DNA of 35,350 bases from NCBI GenBank assembly GCA_031359775.1, contig JANMAL010000157.1, forward strand, positions 1-35,350, in the 5' to 3' direction. The notes below the pieces were generated by a model. That model saw nothing but the letters and a program-made list of their open reading frames with translations. It did no database searches and was not told the DNA's origin. The position numbers were made by a program, and so were the translations under genes. Positions 26,376 to 34,922 of this stretch are shown here, one piece after another; position 1 is the first letter of the stretch, and the number at the start of each line of letters is the position of its first letter. This DNA comes from Blastocatellia bacterium (lineage in GTDB: Bacteria > Acidobacteriota > Blastocatellia > RBC074).

Positions 26376-28000
26376 AACGAATCCAACTTTTACTTGCACT
26401 TGTATTGCTTACCAGTTCGCTTTGCGCGCAAGGACTCGATCCCAAAGCGCTCACGCTCTTCAAGCAGCCTGCCGATTCCTGGCCGACGTACAACGGCGAT
26501 TATTCGGGGCGGCGCTACAGCGAATTGAAGCAAATTAACAAGGACAACCTTGACCTGCTCAAGATCGAATGGATGTATCGCATTCGCGGCATCGGGCCAC
26601 AGCGCGGCGTCGGAGATCCGGTCATCAAATCCACACCACTGCTCGTGAATGGCATTCTGTACTTCACGATTCCCGATCACATTTTTGCCATCAATGCGCG
26701 CACCGGCGAACAGCTTTGGCAATACGATTTTGAAGACAAGGGCGGGCATCTGGTCGGGCAGCGCGGCGTTGGGATGTATGGCGACTGGCTCTACTTTGAA
26801 AGCCCCGACGGCTGGTTCATTTCGCTCAACGCCAAAGACGGCAAGGAGCGCTGGCGCAAAAAGATTGCGGACGAGAAGCAGCAATACTTCACGACAATGG
26901 CTCCGCTGATTGTCAAAAATCACATCATCATTGGCGTGGGCGGCGATGCGATGGACGTACGCGGTTATCTGGAATCGCGCGATCCCAAAACCGGCGAATT
27001 GCAATGGCGCTGGTACACGACGCCCGAAAAAATGGGTGACCCCGGTTCTGAAACGTGGCCGAATCTGGAGGCGATGCATCACGGCGGCGGCATGACGTGG
27101 ATGCCCGGCACCTATGATCCCGATTTGAATTTGATTTATTGGGGGACAGGCAACGCGAACCCTGTGTTTGCAGGCCAAAGCCGTAAGGGCGCGAATTTAT
27201 GGACGGCCTGCATTGTGGCGCTGAATCCTGATACCGGAAAATTGGCCTGGTATTTTCAGCCTTCGCCGCACGACACCCACGATTGGGACAACGTCGAAAC
27301 GCCTGTCCTCTTTGACGCCGTCATCAATGGGCAGCCGCGTAAATTGTTGGGGCAAGCTGCGCGCGCCGGATGGTTCTTCGTACTGGATCGCACGAACGGC
27401 AAGAACCTGGTTTCCAAACCCTTCACCGGCACGGGCAATTGGGCTTTAGGCGTGGATACCAAAGGCCAGCCGATCCCGAACCCCGCAAAAGAACCAACCG
27501 TAGACGGCTCAATGATTGATATGCCCGCGATGGGCGCGACCAATTGGCCGCCGCCCAGTTACAGCCCACAGACCGAATTGTTCTACTTCAACGGCACACA
27601 AGGTTACGGGTTAGCATATCTGTATGACACGTCCGACAAACCGCAAGGTTACGGCGGCGGCAGCGGCGGCAACTTCGATGCAAGTTCGGCGTTATTTGCG
27701 ATGGACATTCGGACAGGCGCAGTGAAGTGGAAGCACGAACATCGCGGCGGTGGCCCCGGCGGCGGCAGCATGAGCGGCGGCATTTTGACCACCGCAGGCC
27801 GCTTATTATTCACGGGCGATTCCGGCGAACTGGTCGCGTTTGATCCCGCTGGCGGCAAACCGCTCTGGCATCAACGCCTGACCAGCAGCGTCAGCAACGG
27901 GCCTTCGACCTGGGAGTTGGACGGCAAGCAATATCTGATCGTCGGCGCAGGCGATACGCTCTACGCGCTGACTGTCGCAGGCAAGAAAATTACAGAATGA
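26372..28000 (+). CDS. Exported PQQ-dependent dehydrogenase (quinoprotein alcohol/sugar dehydrogenase superfamily, divergent)
   Basis: The 542-aa ORF has a signal peptide and the N-terminal hallmark WPTYNGDYSGRRYSEL.QIN. Eight-blade W-motif repeats include …INARTGEQLWQYD…, …LNAKDGKERWRK…, …DPKTGELQWRW…, …NPDTGKLAWYF… and …DIRTGAVKWKHE…. Other segments are GTGNANP and HDWDNVE (D-W-D at 27281-27289). Confidence 0.9.
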   Translation: MKRIQLLLALVLLTSSLCAQGLDPKALTLFKQPADSWPTYNGDYSGRRYSELKQINKDNLDLLKIEWMYRIRGIGPQRGVGDPVIKSTPLLVNGILYFTIPDHIFAINARTGEQLWQYDFEDKGGHLVGQRGVGMYGDWLYFESPDGWFISLNAKDGKERWRKKIADEKQQYFTTMAPLIVKNHIIIGVGGDAMDVRGYLESRDPKTGELQWRWYTTPEKMGDPGSETWPNLEAMHHGGGMTWMPGTYDPDLNLIYWGTGNANPVFAGQSRKGANLWTACIVALNPDTGKLAWYFQPSPHDTHDWDNVETPVLFDAVINGQPRKLLGQAARAGWFFVLDRTNGKNLVSKPFTGTGNWALGVDTKGQPIPNPAKEPTVDGSMIDMPAMGATNWPPPSYSPQTELFYFNGTQGYGLAYLYDTSDKPQGYGGGSGGNFDASSALFAMDIRTGAVKWKHEHRGGGPGGGSMSGGILTTAGRLLFTGDSGELVAFDPAGGKPLWHQRLTSSVSNGPSTWELDGKQYLIVGAGDTLYALTVAGKKITE

Positions 28001-28072
28001 GCATTGACCGCCGAGTAAAAACTGGTGGCTTTGCTGAAGCTGGAACGTCAATATTTTTGGTTAGGAGAATCA

Positions 28073-29158
28073 ATGAAGGAACTCACGCGCAGAGATTTTG
28101 TGAAGAATGCTTCGGCGCTACTGGCGACAGGAACGATGGGCCATTCGCTGTTGGCTCACGCACCCGCCGCGCCCATGTCAAAAATGGGCATCGCTTCGAC
28201 TTCGTTTATGGGCGCACAAATCCCCGGCAGCCCCGCACAACCGGGAGCCGCGCAGCCTCCGATGCGTGCGCAGGGGCGCGATGCATATGAGTTTTTAGAA
28301 AAATGTCATGCGCTGGGAGCAGGCGGAATTCAAACCTCGATCAATGGCGACCTGAAAAAGTTGCGCGCGCGGGCCGATGAATTGGGGATGTATCTGGAAG
28401 GCATGGTTTCGATTCCGCGTAACGGTGATATGGCGGCGCTGGAAAAAGGTTTGGCCGATTGCAAAGCGGCGGGCATCACGGTTGTCCGCTCGGCAATGCT
28501 CGGTGGACGACGCTATGAAACGTTTGCGACGCTGGCGGATTGGAAAAAATGGGTGGATCAAAGCCACGCCGCCTTAACGGCAGCCATGCCGATCATCGAA
28601 AAACACAAGGTCGTCGTCGCGCTCGAAAATCACAAAGACTGGACGCTGGAAGATTTTCTGCGGTTGCTTAGAACTTATCAGAGCGAATATCTGCAAGTCT
28701 GTCTGGATTTCGGCAATAACATTTCCATGCTGGATGACCCGTACGAAGTGATCGAAGGGCTTGCACAGTACGCGAAATCCACGCACATCAAAGACATGGG
28801 CGTACAACCTTACGCGGACGGCTTTTTATTATCCGAAGTCCCGCTCGGCACCGGGCTGCTTGATCTGCCCCGCATTGTAGCGACGATCAAAAAGGCGAAC
28901 CCGAATACAAAATTCTCCCTCGAAATGATTACGCGTGATCCGTTAAAAGTGCCGTGCCTGACGAAAAAATATTGGGAAGTGTTCCCCGACCGCAATGGCA
29001 GATATTTGGCGCAAACCGTCAAGCTGGTGCACGAAAAATCCAGCCGCAATCCATTGCCCGCGATTGCTCAACTGAACGTCGCAGAACGCCTCAAGTTTGA
29101 AGAAGACAACATCAAAGCTTGTATGCGCTATGTGGATGAGAAGCAGTTGCTGGCCTAA
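28073..29158 (+). CDS. TAT-exported xylose-isomerase-like TIM-barrel protein (sugar phosphate isomerase/epimerase family)
   Basis: The ATG at 28073 has AGGAG 6-10 nt upstream. The twin-arginine N-terminus is MKELTRRDFVKNASALLATG. Segments VVVALENHKDW, CLDFGN and STHIKD are typical of AP_endonuc_2/xylose-isomerase-like metal-site strands. Confidence 0.85.
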   Translation: MKELTRRDFVKNASALLATGTMGHSLLAHAPAAPMSKMGIASTSFMGAQIPGSPAQPGAAQPPMRAQGRDAYEFLEKCHALGAGGIQTSINGDLKKLRARADELGMYLEGMVSIPRNGDMAALEKGLADCKAAGITVVRSAMLGGRRYETFATLADWKKWVDQSHAALTAAMPIIEKHKVVVALENHKDWTLEDFLRLLRTYQSEYLQVCLDFGNNISMLDDPYEVIEGLAQYAKSTHIKDMGVQPYADGFLLSEVPLGTGLLDLPRIVATIKKANPNTKFSLEMITRDPLKVPCLTKKYWEVFPDRNGRYLAQTVKLVHEKSSRNPLPAIAQLNVAERLKFEEDNIKACMRYVDEKQLLA

Positions 29159-29224
29159 CACAGCATCCGGTTCGTGCCGCGCTCGATTTTTCAGTTCCAA
29201 GCTCTGAAACAAAAGGAAACCCCC

Positions 29225-30526
29225 ATGAAAAGTGATTTGACGCGCCAACTTGGCACGCTGTCAATGGTTGCCGTTTTACTGTTGAGCGCCTCACTGCCGC
29301 AGCCCATCACTGCGCAAACGTTGCCCAAAGCCAAGCCGGAAGAGGTGGGGCTTTCGACCGAGCGGTTGCAGCGCATCAACGAAGTCATCCAACGCTACAT
29401 TGACAGCAAGCAGATTTCGGGCGCGGTCACATTGGTCGCGCGCAAAGGCCGCATCGCGCATTACGAAGCGCACGGGCAAATGGACATTGAAGCGAAAAAG
29501 CCAATTCGCAAAGACGCCCTCTTTCGCATGGCATCATCCACGAAACCTGTTGCCAGCGTGGCGATCATGATGTTGTTGGAAGAAGGCAAAGTCCGCTTAA
29601 GCGATCCCGTTTCCAAATTCATCCCGGAATTCAAAAATCCCAAAGTTGCCGTGTTGAAATCAGCAATGCCGCCGCCTGCCACGCCGGGACAAACGCCGCT
29701 CGCGCCCGACATCTACACGATCCCGGCGACGCGTGAAATCACGGTGCGCGACCTGTTGACGCACACTTCGGGCCTCGGCAGTGGCGGCAGCGCGGCGGGA
29801 GAAATGGCAAAGGTCATGCAGGCACGCAAGCCCACCGATACGCTCAGTGATTTCGTGCCGCAGTTGGGGGCCGTGCCGCTGGATTTTCAACCCGGCACGC
29901 AATTTCGTTACAGCGGTTTGGCGGGGATAGATGTGCTGTCGCGCATCGTCGAAATTGCTTCGGGGCTGACGTTCGATCAATTTTTGCAGCAGCGCGTGTT
30001 CGATCCGCTCGGTATGAAAGACACGTTCTTTGCGCTGCCCGAAGATCGCCAACCGCGCCTGATGACGCTGTATCGGCGCGCGGGCAACAATCTGGAAAAA
30101 CATCCGAATCAAGAGATGTTGATGAACCGCACGTACTTTTCCGGCGCAGCCGGATTGGTCAGCACGGCGGAAGATTATTTTCACTTCGCACAAATGCTGG
30201 CGAATGGCGGACAACTGAACGGCAAACGTTTGCTCTCGCCGCGCACCGTTGAATTGATGTCGTCTAATCACACGGGCGAGATGTTTCCGGGACAACTCGG
30301 ACGCCCGCCCGGCATGGGCTTTGGCTTCGCCGTTGAAGTCGTGGTGGATGCGATCAAAGCGGATTCACGCCGCTCTGTCGGCAGCTTTGGTTGGGACGGC
30401 GCATTCGGCACGCATTTCTGGATAGACCCGAAAGAAAAGATCGTCGCCGTGCTGATGATCCAAACCGCGAATCGTGACCTGCATCGGGATTTTGAGAATG
30501 CCGTGATGCAGGCGATTGTGGAGTAA
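29225..30526 (+). CDS. Exported serine hydrolase, beta-lactamase/penicillin-binding (class C-like) family
   Basis: The ATG at 29225 is followed by a signal peptide. The SxxK motif appears in FRMASSTKP. Other family segments are LLTHTSGL, a YSG (YxN-type) region and a C-terminal W.DP…V.VLM.Q segment. Confidence 0.85.
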   Translation: MKSDLTRQLGTLSMVAVLLLSASLPQPITAQTLPKAKPEEVGLSTERLQRINEVIQRYIDSKQISGAVTLVARKGRIAHYEAHGQMDIEAKKPIRKDALFRMASSTKPVASVAIMMLLEEGKVRLSDPVSKFIPEFKNPKVAVLKSAMPPPATPGQTPLAPDIYTIPATREITVRDLLTHTSGLGSGGSAAGEMAKVMQARKPTDTLSDFVPQLGAVPLDFQPGTQFRYSGLAGIDVLSRIVEIASGLTFDQFLQQRVFDPLGMKDTFFALPEDRQPRLMTLYRRAGNNLEKHPNQEMLMNRTYFSGAAGLVSTAEDYFHFAQMLANGGQLNGKRLLSPRTVELMSSNHTGEMFPGQLGRPPGMGFGFAVEVVVDAIKADSRRSVGSFGWDGAFGTHFWIDPKEKIVAVLMIQTANRDLHRDFENAVMQAIVE

Positions 30527-30529
30527 ATT

Positions 30530-30613
30530 GCAGTACGAGGAGCGTGAGCGACCTGAGCCTCAATCAAGCGTACTCTGACCGAAGCTCAGGTCGCTCACGC
30601 TCGCGCGTACTGC
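30530..30613. repeat. Large imperfect inverted repeat (about 29-nt arms) between the serine hydrolase and esterase genes
   Basis: GCAGTACG-AGG-AGCGTGAGCGACCTGAGC (30530-30558) pairs with GCTCAGGTCGCTCACGCT-CGCG-CGTACTGC (30584-30613). That gives 18-bp and 8-bp helices separated by an internal loop, with a 25-nt apical loop. It starts 4 nt after the stop codon and has no U-tract. Confidence 0.6.
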
Positions 30614-30647
30614 AACCGCTCACGCGGCAAAACGCTGAGATAACAAA

Positions 30648-31781
30648 ATGAAAACCAACAAATTTCTTCTCTTTGCTGCGCTGCTCAGCGCCGCTTCAAT
30701 TTTCGCGCAAACACCGCCGCCTGATGGCCTTGTCTCGCCGGAAGTGCATCCCGATGGCAAAGTTATATTTCGCATTCGCGCGGCCAAAGCAAGTGAAGTC
30801 ACGCTCTTTGGCGATTGGATGCCGGTCGGATCAAAACATCCCATGACGAAAGATGCGGAAGGCGTTTGGAGCGCAAGCGTCGGCGGGATTGAACCGACAA
30901 TCCATTTGTATTCCTTCACAGTGGACGGCGTGACGATGGCTGATCCCGTGAATCCCCGCATCAAGCTGCGGCAACGCACTTCGGCCAGTCTGGTTGAGAT
31001 TCCTGCCAAAGGCGCGCTGTGGGAAGTTCGTGATGTGCCGCACGGCAGCGTAGACGTGAACTGGCTGCGCACGCCTGTTATCAATGGCGAGACACGTCAG
31101 GTTTTGGTTTATACGCCGCCCGGCTACGAAAAGAATCCGAAGCAGCGTTACCCGGTGCTGTACCTGTTGCACGGCAGCGGCGACACGGCGGAAAGCTGGA
31201 CGCAGGTCGGCGCGACAAATCTGATTCTTGATAATTTAATCGCGGAAAAGAAAGCTAGGCCGATGATTATCGTGATGCCGCTCGGCCACGCCGTTCCGTT
31301 TGGTTCGCCGCGCGAAGTGCAAGCGAAGAATGTGCCGCTGATGGAAGAATACATGATCAAAGACCTGCTGCCTTGGGCGGAAGCGAAATATCGCATTGCG
31401 CCGGGTCGCCAGCATCGCGCGCTGGCCGGGCTTTCGATGGGCGGCGGGCAGACATTCAATATTGGCTTTGCGCACTTGGATTTGTTCAGCGCGCTTGGCG
31501 TATTCAGTTCTGCGACGGGGCCGGATTTCGCTGAGAAATTCAAAACGGTGCTGGCTGATGCCAAAGGTACGAACGCGAAATTGAATGTGTTCTGGTATGC
31601 AAACGGCGACAAAGATCCGGTGTTTGTGCGGGCGCAAGAGACAGCCGCATTGCTGAACAAACATCAGATTCGCCACACGTTTCGCGTGCTTGCAAACGGC
31701 TTGCATACGTGGCCGGTGTGGCGCGTTTGCCTCAGCGAATTTGCGCCGTTGCTGTTCCAGGGTAATAAAGCCGGAGCGTAA
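30648..31781 (+). CDS. Exported esterase-family protein (PF00756-like 'putative esterase') with N-terminal E-set/CBM48-like domain
   Basis: The 377-aa ORF has a signal peptide and an N-terminal beta-sandwich segment (…GKVIFRIRAAKASEVTLFGDWM…). The catalytic domain has YPVLYLLHGSGDTAESW and the nucleophile context [10 protein letters not shown]. Confidence 0.85.
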   Translation: MKTNKFLLFAALLSAASIFAQTPPPDGLVSPEVHPDGKVIFRIRAAKASEVTLFGDWMPVGSKHPMTKDAEGVWSASVGGIEPTIHLYSFTVDGVTMADPVNPRIKLRQRTSASLVEIPAKGALWEVRDVPHGSVDVNWLRTPVINGETRQVLVYTPPGYEKNPKQRYPVLYLLHGSGDTAESWTQVGATNLILDNLIAEKKARPMIIVMPLGHAVPFGSPREVQAKNVPLMEEYMIKDLLPWAEAKYRIAPGRQHRALAGLSMGGGQTFNIGFAHLDLFSALGVFSSATGPDFAEKFKTVLADAKGTNAKLNVFWYANGDKDPVFVRAQETAALLNKHQIRHTFRVLANGLHTWPVWRVCLSEFAPLLFQGNKAGA

Positions 31782-31784
31782 CCG

Positions 31785-32672
31785 ATGAACAACTACCCGC
31801 GCCGCACCTTTCTGCTTGGTTCCCTGGGACTGGCAGCAGCAACCCTCGCTCAGGCGCAAACTGCACCGCTTACGGCTGGGCAAGTGATTGAGCGGATCAA
31901 GGCGCAGGTTGGCATTCCGTGGCGTGCGCAAACCGTAGACAACATCATTGCGGGTACGGCGGAAACACCGGTCAAAGGCATCGCGACGACAATGATGGCA
32001 ACGCTGGATGTTGTGAAACGCGCTGCTGCCAGCGGCAAGAACCTGATCATCACGCACGAATCCACGTTCTTCTCGCATCAGGATCGCACTGACCAGATTC
32101 AGCAAGACGCAACGTACAAATACAAGCTCGACTTCCTCAACAAAAACAATATGGTCGTGTTCCATTTTCACGATCATTGGCACGGGCTGAAGCCTGTTGA
32201 CGGCGTTGCTACGGGAATGATTCGGGAATTGGGTTGGGAGAAGAACAACGATCCGCAGAATTTTCGTCAGTTTACGTTTCCTGGCATCCCGCTCGCCAAG
32301 CTGGCGCAAGAGATGCAGACGAAACTGAAGATTCGCACAATGCGCGTGGTAGGCGATCCAAATTTGTCGGTCAGGCGTGTGATGGCAAGCTGGGGCAATT
32401 GCAGCCTGATGCCCGGCATTCCGTTTCTCTCACGACCGGAAGTGGATGTGCTGGCGATTGGCGAAACGCACGAATGGGAACTGGTCGAATACGCGCAAGA
32501 CATGATTGCTGCGGGCCAAAAGAAGGCGCTGATCGTGCTGGGTCACGTCGTGTCAGAACAAGCGGGAATGAAGTACTGCGCTGAATGGTTGAAGGGGTTT
32601 GTGAATGAAGTTCCGATTGAATTTATCGCCGCTGCCGAACCATTCTGGCGACCTGATAATCCCGTGCGCTAA
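31785..32672 (+). CDS. Exported NIF3-like (YbgI/DUF34-type dinuclear-metal-centre family) protein
   Basis: It starts 4 nt after the upstream stop. The N-terminus [25 protein letters not shown] looks like a TAT/Sec signal. By eye it aligns to E. coli YbgI as follows: [34 protein letters not shown] with [34 protein letters not shown]; [10 protein letters not shown] with VQRVAWCTGG; [12 protein letters not shown]…[18 protein letters not shown] with DAFITGEVSEQT…AGHHATERGGIRALSEWL. Confidence 0.6.
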   Translation: MNNYPRRTFLLGSLGLAAATLAQAQTAPLTAGQVIERIKAQVGIPWRAQTVDNIIAGTAETPVKGIATTMMATLDVVKRAAASGKNLIITHESTFFSHQDRTDQIQQDATYKYKLDFLNKNNMVVFHFHDHWHGLKPVDGVATGMIRELGWEKNNDPQNFRQFTFPGIPLAKLAQEMQTKLKIRTMRVVGDPNLSVRRVMASWGNCSLMPGIPFLSRPEVDVLAIGETHEWELVEYAQDMIAAGQKKALIVLGHVVSEQAGMKYCAEWLKGFVNEVPIEFIAAAEPFWRPDNPVR

Positions 32673-32747
32673 CCCTTTACGACCAATCGGTAACTTAACA
32701 ATTAGAAAGACTGCAAAAAGTACAATGGAATGAAAGAGAGTGTTTGT

Positions 32748-33920
32748 ATGAAACTGCGAAATTTATGTGTTGCCACGATTTTACTGGGGCTGCTTGCCAC
32801 CACCCTTGCCTTTGCGCAAACACCGCCGCGCCAGCCCACGCCGAATGACACGTTGAAGTCACCGGAAGTGCTTTCCGACGGGCGCATCGTCTTTCGCATC
32901 TACGCGCCGAAAGCCAGCGAAGTCACGCTCGGCGGCGATTGGATTTCGCAAGGCTTAGGCACGGGCGGCAATCTGAGCAAGGACGCGCAAGGCGTTTGGT
33001 CAATGACGGTCGGGCCGTTGCCTGCTGATTTCTACAGCTACTCGCTGACAGTGGACGGCGTGCGCACGCTTGATCCGAAAAACGCGCTGATCAAACAGGG
33101 CACGGCCAGCGTAGACAATATGGTCTTTGTGCCGGGCGCAGCCGCCGACTATCAAGACACCAAAGCCGTCCCGCACGGCGAGCTTCGCAAGGTCTGGTAC
33201 AAATCCACGACGATGAACGAAGAGCGGCGCTTGCACATTTACTTCCCGCCCGGCTATGACAACGGCAAAGCGAAATATCCGGTCTTTTACCTGTTGCACG
33301 GCGGCGGCGATGAAGATTCCGGTTGGAGCACGATTGGCCGTGCGGGTTTCATTCTCGACAATTTGATCGCGGCGGGCAAAGCGAAGCCGATGCTGGTCGT
33401 TATGCCGAACGGCAGCTTGCCGCGCCCGCCCGTCATTCCCGGCGTTCCGCAAGACCCCGTCGCACAAATCGCTTTTCAAGACAGGTTCGCCAGTGAACTG
33501 CTCAAGGACATTGTGCCGTTTGTCGAGAAGACCTATCGCGCCATGCCGGGCAGCGCCAATCGCGCGATTGGCGGGCTTTCAATGGGCGGCGGACAGACGA
33601 CGCGCATCGTCACGACGAACCCGGATGCCTTTGCTTATGTTGCCGTCTGGAGCGCGGGCGTGAATCCGCAAGTCGGCGCGGATTTCCTCAAACGCAATGA
33701 AGCCTTTCTGAGCAGCGCGGACAAGGTGAACAAGCAAATCAAACTTTTCTCGCTCAGTTGTGGCGAGAAAGATACGCTGGCGTTTGCGGGCTCACAAAAC
33801 CTGGATGAGATTCTGAAGAAGCACAACATCAAACACGAAACGGCGATCACCAGCGGCGCGCATACGTGGATCAATTGGCGTCGTTATTTGAATGATTACG
33901 CGCAGAAGTTGTTTCGTTAG
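32748..33920 (+). CDS. Exported esterase-family protein, paralogue of 30648-31781
   Basis: I prefer the ATG at 32748, which gives a signal peptide ([24 protein letters not shown]). The architecture is the same as the upstream esterase: [38 protein letters not shown] and [10 protein letters not shown]. Confidence 0.85.
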   Translation: MKLRNLCVATILLGLLATTLAFAQTPPRQPTPNDTLKSPEVLSDGRIVFRIYAPKASEVTLGGDWISQGLGTGGNLSKDAQGVWSMTVGPLPADFYSYSLTVDGVRTLDPKNALIKQGTASVDNMVFVPGAAADYQDTKAVPHGELRKVWYKSTTMNEERRLHIYFPPGYDNGKAKYPVFYLLHGGGDEDSGWSTIGRAGFILDNLIAAGKAKPMLVVMPNGSLPRPPVIPGVPQDPVAQIAFQDRFASELLKDIVPFVEKTYRAMPGSANRAIGGLSMGGGQTTRIVTTNPDAFAYVAVWSAGVNPQVGADFLKRNEAFLSSADKVNKQIKLFSLSCGEKDTLAFAGSQNLDEILKKHNIKHETAITSGAHTWINWRRYLNDYAQKLFR

Positions 33921-33921
33921 C

Positions 33922-34593
33922 GCGCCAGCCGCAGCGGAGCTTTCGGCAGTTCCCATACTGGCGCTTGGCGTGCTGCTTTTCAGTGTTGGGATGCGGATTG
34001 CGACGACCGCTGCGCTGGATTCGCTGCGCATCACCTGGCCCTTTGTGGTATTCGCAACGCATCTGTGACTGGATGGATTTGCATTGGGCCTGCTGCTGGC
34101 GTGGTTTTACGCGTTTCGCCCCACTGTGCTGGAACGATTCGCCCGCAGGCGCGTGCTGCTGTTGGTCGTGGCTTTTGTCTTGCTGGCATTCGCTGCTCTT
34201 TTGCCTGCAAAACTGCTGATGTCATACACGGTGGGGACGGCTATTTTTTCAATGGCGTATGCCTGTGTTTTGCTGGTCGTGCTTTATGCGCCGCTGAAAA
34301 TTGGGAAGTGGGCAGCAGTGTTTCATTCCTGGCCGCTGCGGGCGATCATTTTTGTGGGAGCGTACAGCTACACCATTTATCTGTGGCACATTACGCCCGC
34401 GCGTTTGTGGGTGGCGCAAAACCTTTTGGTTTCCCTTGCGGATACGCCGCGGTGGATAATCCTGACCCTCCTGCACGTGAGCAGTTCCATTTTGCTGGGC
34501 TGGCTGGCCAGCCGTCTGATCGAGCTTCCAATGTTGCGCGTGCGGGATCGGCTTTTTCCGGCCAAGGCACGAGCGCTGGTCGAGGAGGTTTAG
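33922..34593 (+). pseudogene. Acyltransferase-3 (OafA-like membrane O-acyltransferase) remnant: N-terminally truncated, with an in-frame TGA at 34066-34068
   Basis: The frame reads …LSAVPILALGVLLFSVGMRIATTAALDSLRITWPFVVFATHL*LDGFALGLLLAWFYAF…FVGAYSYTIYLWH…LLGWLASRLIELP…. The TH.(R).D….G.LLA and SY.IYL.H motifs are typical of the C-terminal half of acyltransferase family 3. CGA to TGA would explain the stop. The remnant begins directly after the esterase stop codon, so the N-terminal half is absent. Confidence 0.7.
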
Positions 34594-34595
34594 GT

Positions 34596-34922
34596 ACGCT
34601 CGTGAGCACAATGTTGACCTGTACGCAAATATTTTATCGCCGCATTTCATATCAGCGACGTGCCGTACTTTTTTTGTCAATCCCAAACACCTGGATCGTC
34701 CGTGGGAAGCGGTGGATCGCAAACTGGCAGACACGGCATCAAGCTAATTGGGTGAACTTTGCGAAGACGGGCAATCCGAATGGCAACGGCTTGCCCAACT
34801 GGCCTGCGTTTGATGCGGCGCAACAATTCACGATGGAACTCCGCGAAAAGATGGGTGTGCGCCCTGTCGCAGAAAAAGACAAGCTGGCGTTCTTTACGCA
34901 GTATTTTGCCAGGCAGCGATAA
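34596..34922 (+). pseudogene. Carboxylesterase type B (PnbA-like) C-terminal remnant with frameshifts
   Basis: Three frames each carry consecutive pieces of the family's C-terminus. Frame 1 reads AAFHISDVPYFF (catalytic His context, His codon 34648-34650). After a T7 run (34669-34675), frame 2 reads FVNPKHLDRPWEAVDRKLADTASS and stops at 34745. Frame 0 then reads NWVNFAKTGNPNGNGLPNWPAFDAAQQFTMEL…. Only about 110 of roughly 500 residues are present. Confidence 0.65.

Noticed and set aside
26390-27178. Long antisense ORFs opposite confident + strand genes. These include 26390-27178 (262 aa), 21347-22111 (254 aa), 14635-15378 (247 aa), 11956-12681 (241 aa), 6821-7438 (205 aa) and 10574-11134 (186 aa).
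   Set aside because: They lie entirely inside or opposite genes with clear family motifs on the other strand. Their translations are Arg/Ala/Gly-rich and low in complexity, as expected for shadow ORFs in GC-rich DNA, and they show no recognisable motifs or RBS.
31236-32309. A 357-aa minus-strand ORF spanning the junction of the esterase and NIF3-like genes.
   Set aside because: It crosses two well-supported + strand genes. It has an Arg-rich, shadow-ORF composition (…RRRKFAEANAPHRPRMQ…) and no domain signature.
34065-34922. A 285-aa + strand ORF that looks like one intact gene.
   Set aside because: Only its last 60 or so codons make sense, as a carboxylesterase-B C-terminus. The first two thirds are an out-of-frame read through the acyltransferase-3 remnant, whose true frame is 34084-34593. 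I interpret the region as two pseudogene fragments instead.
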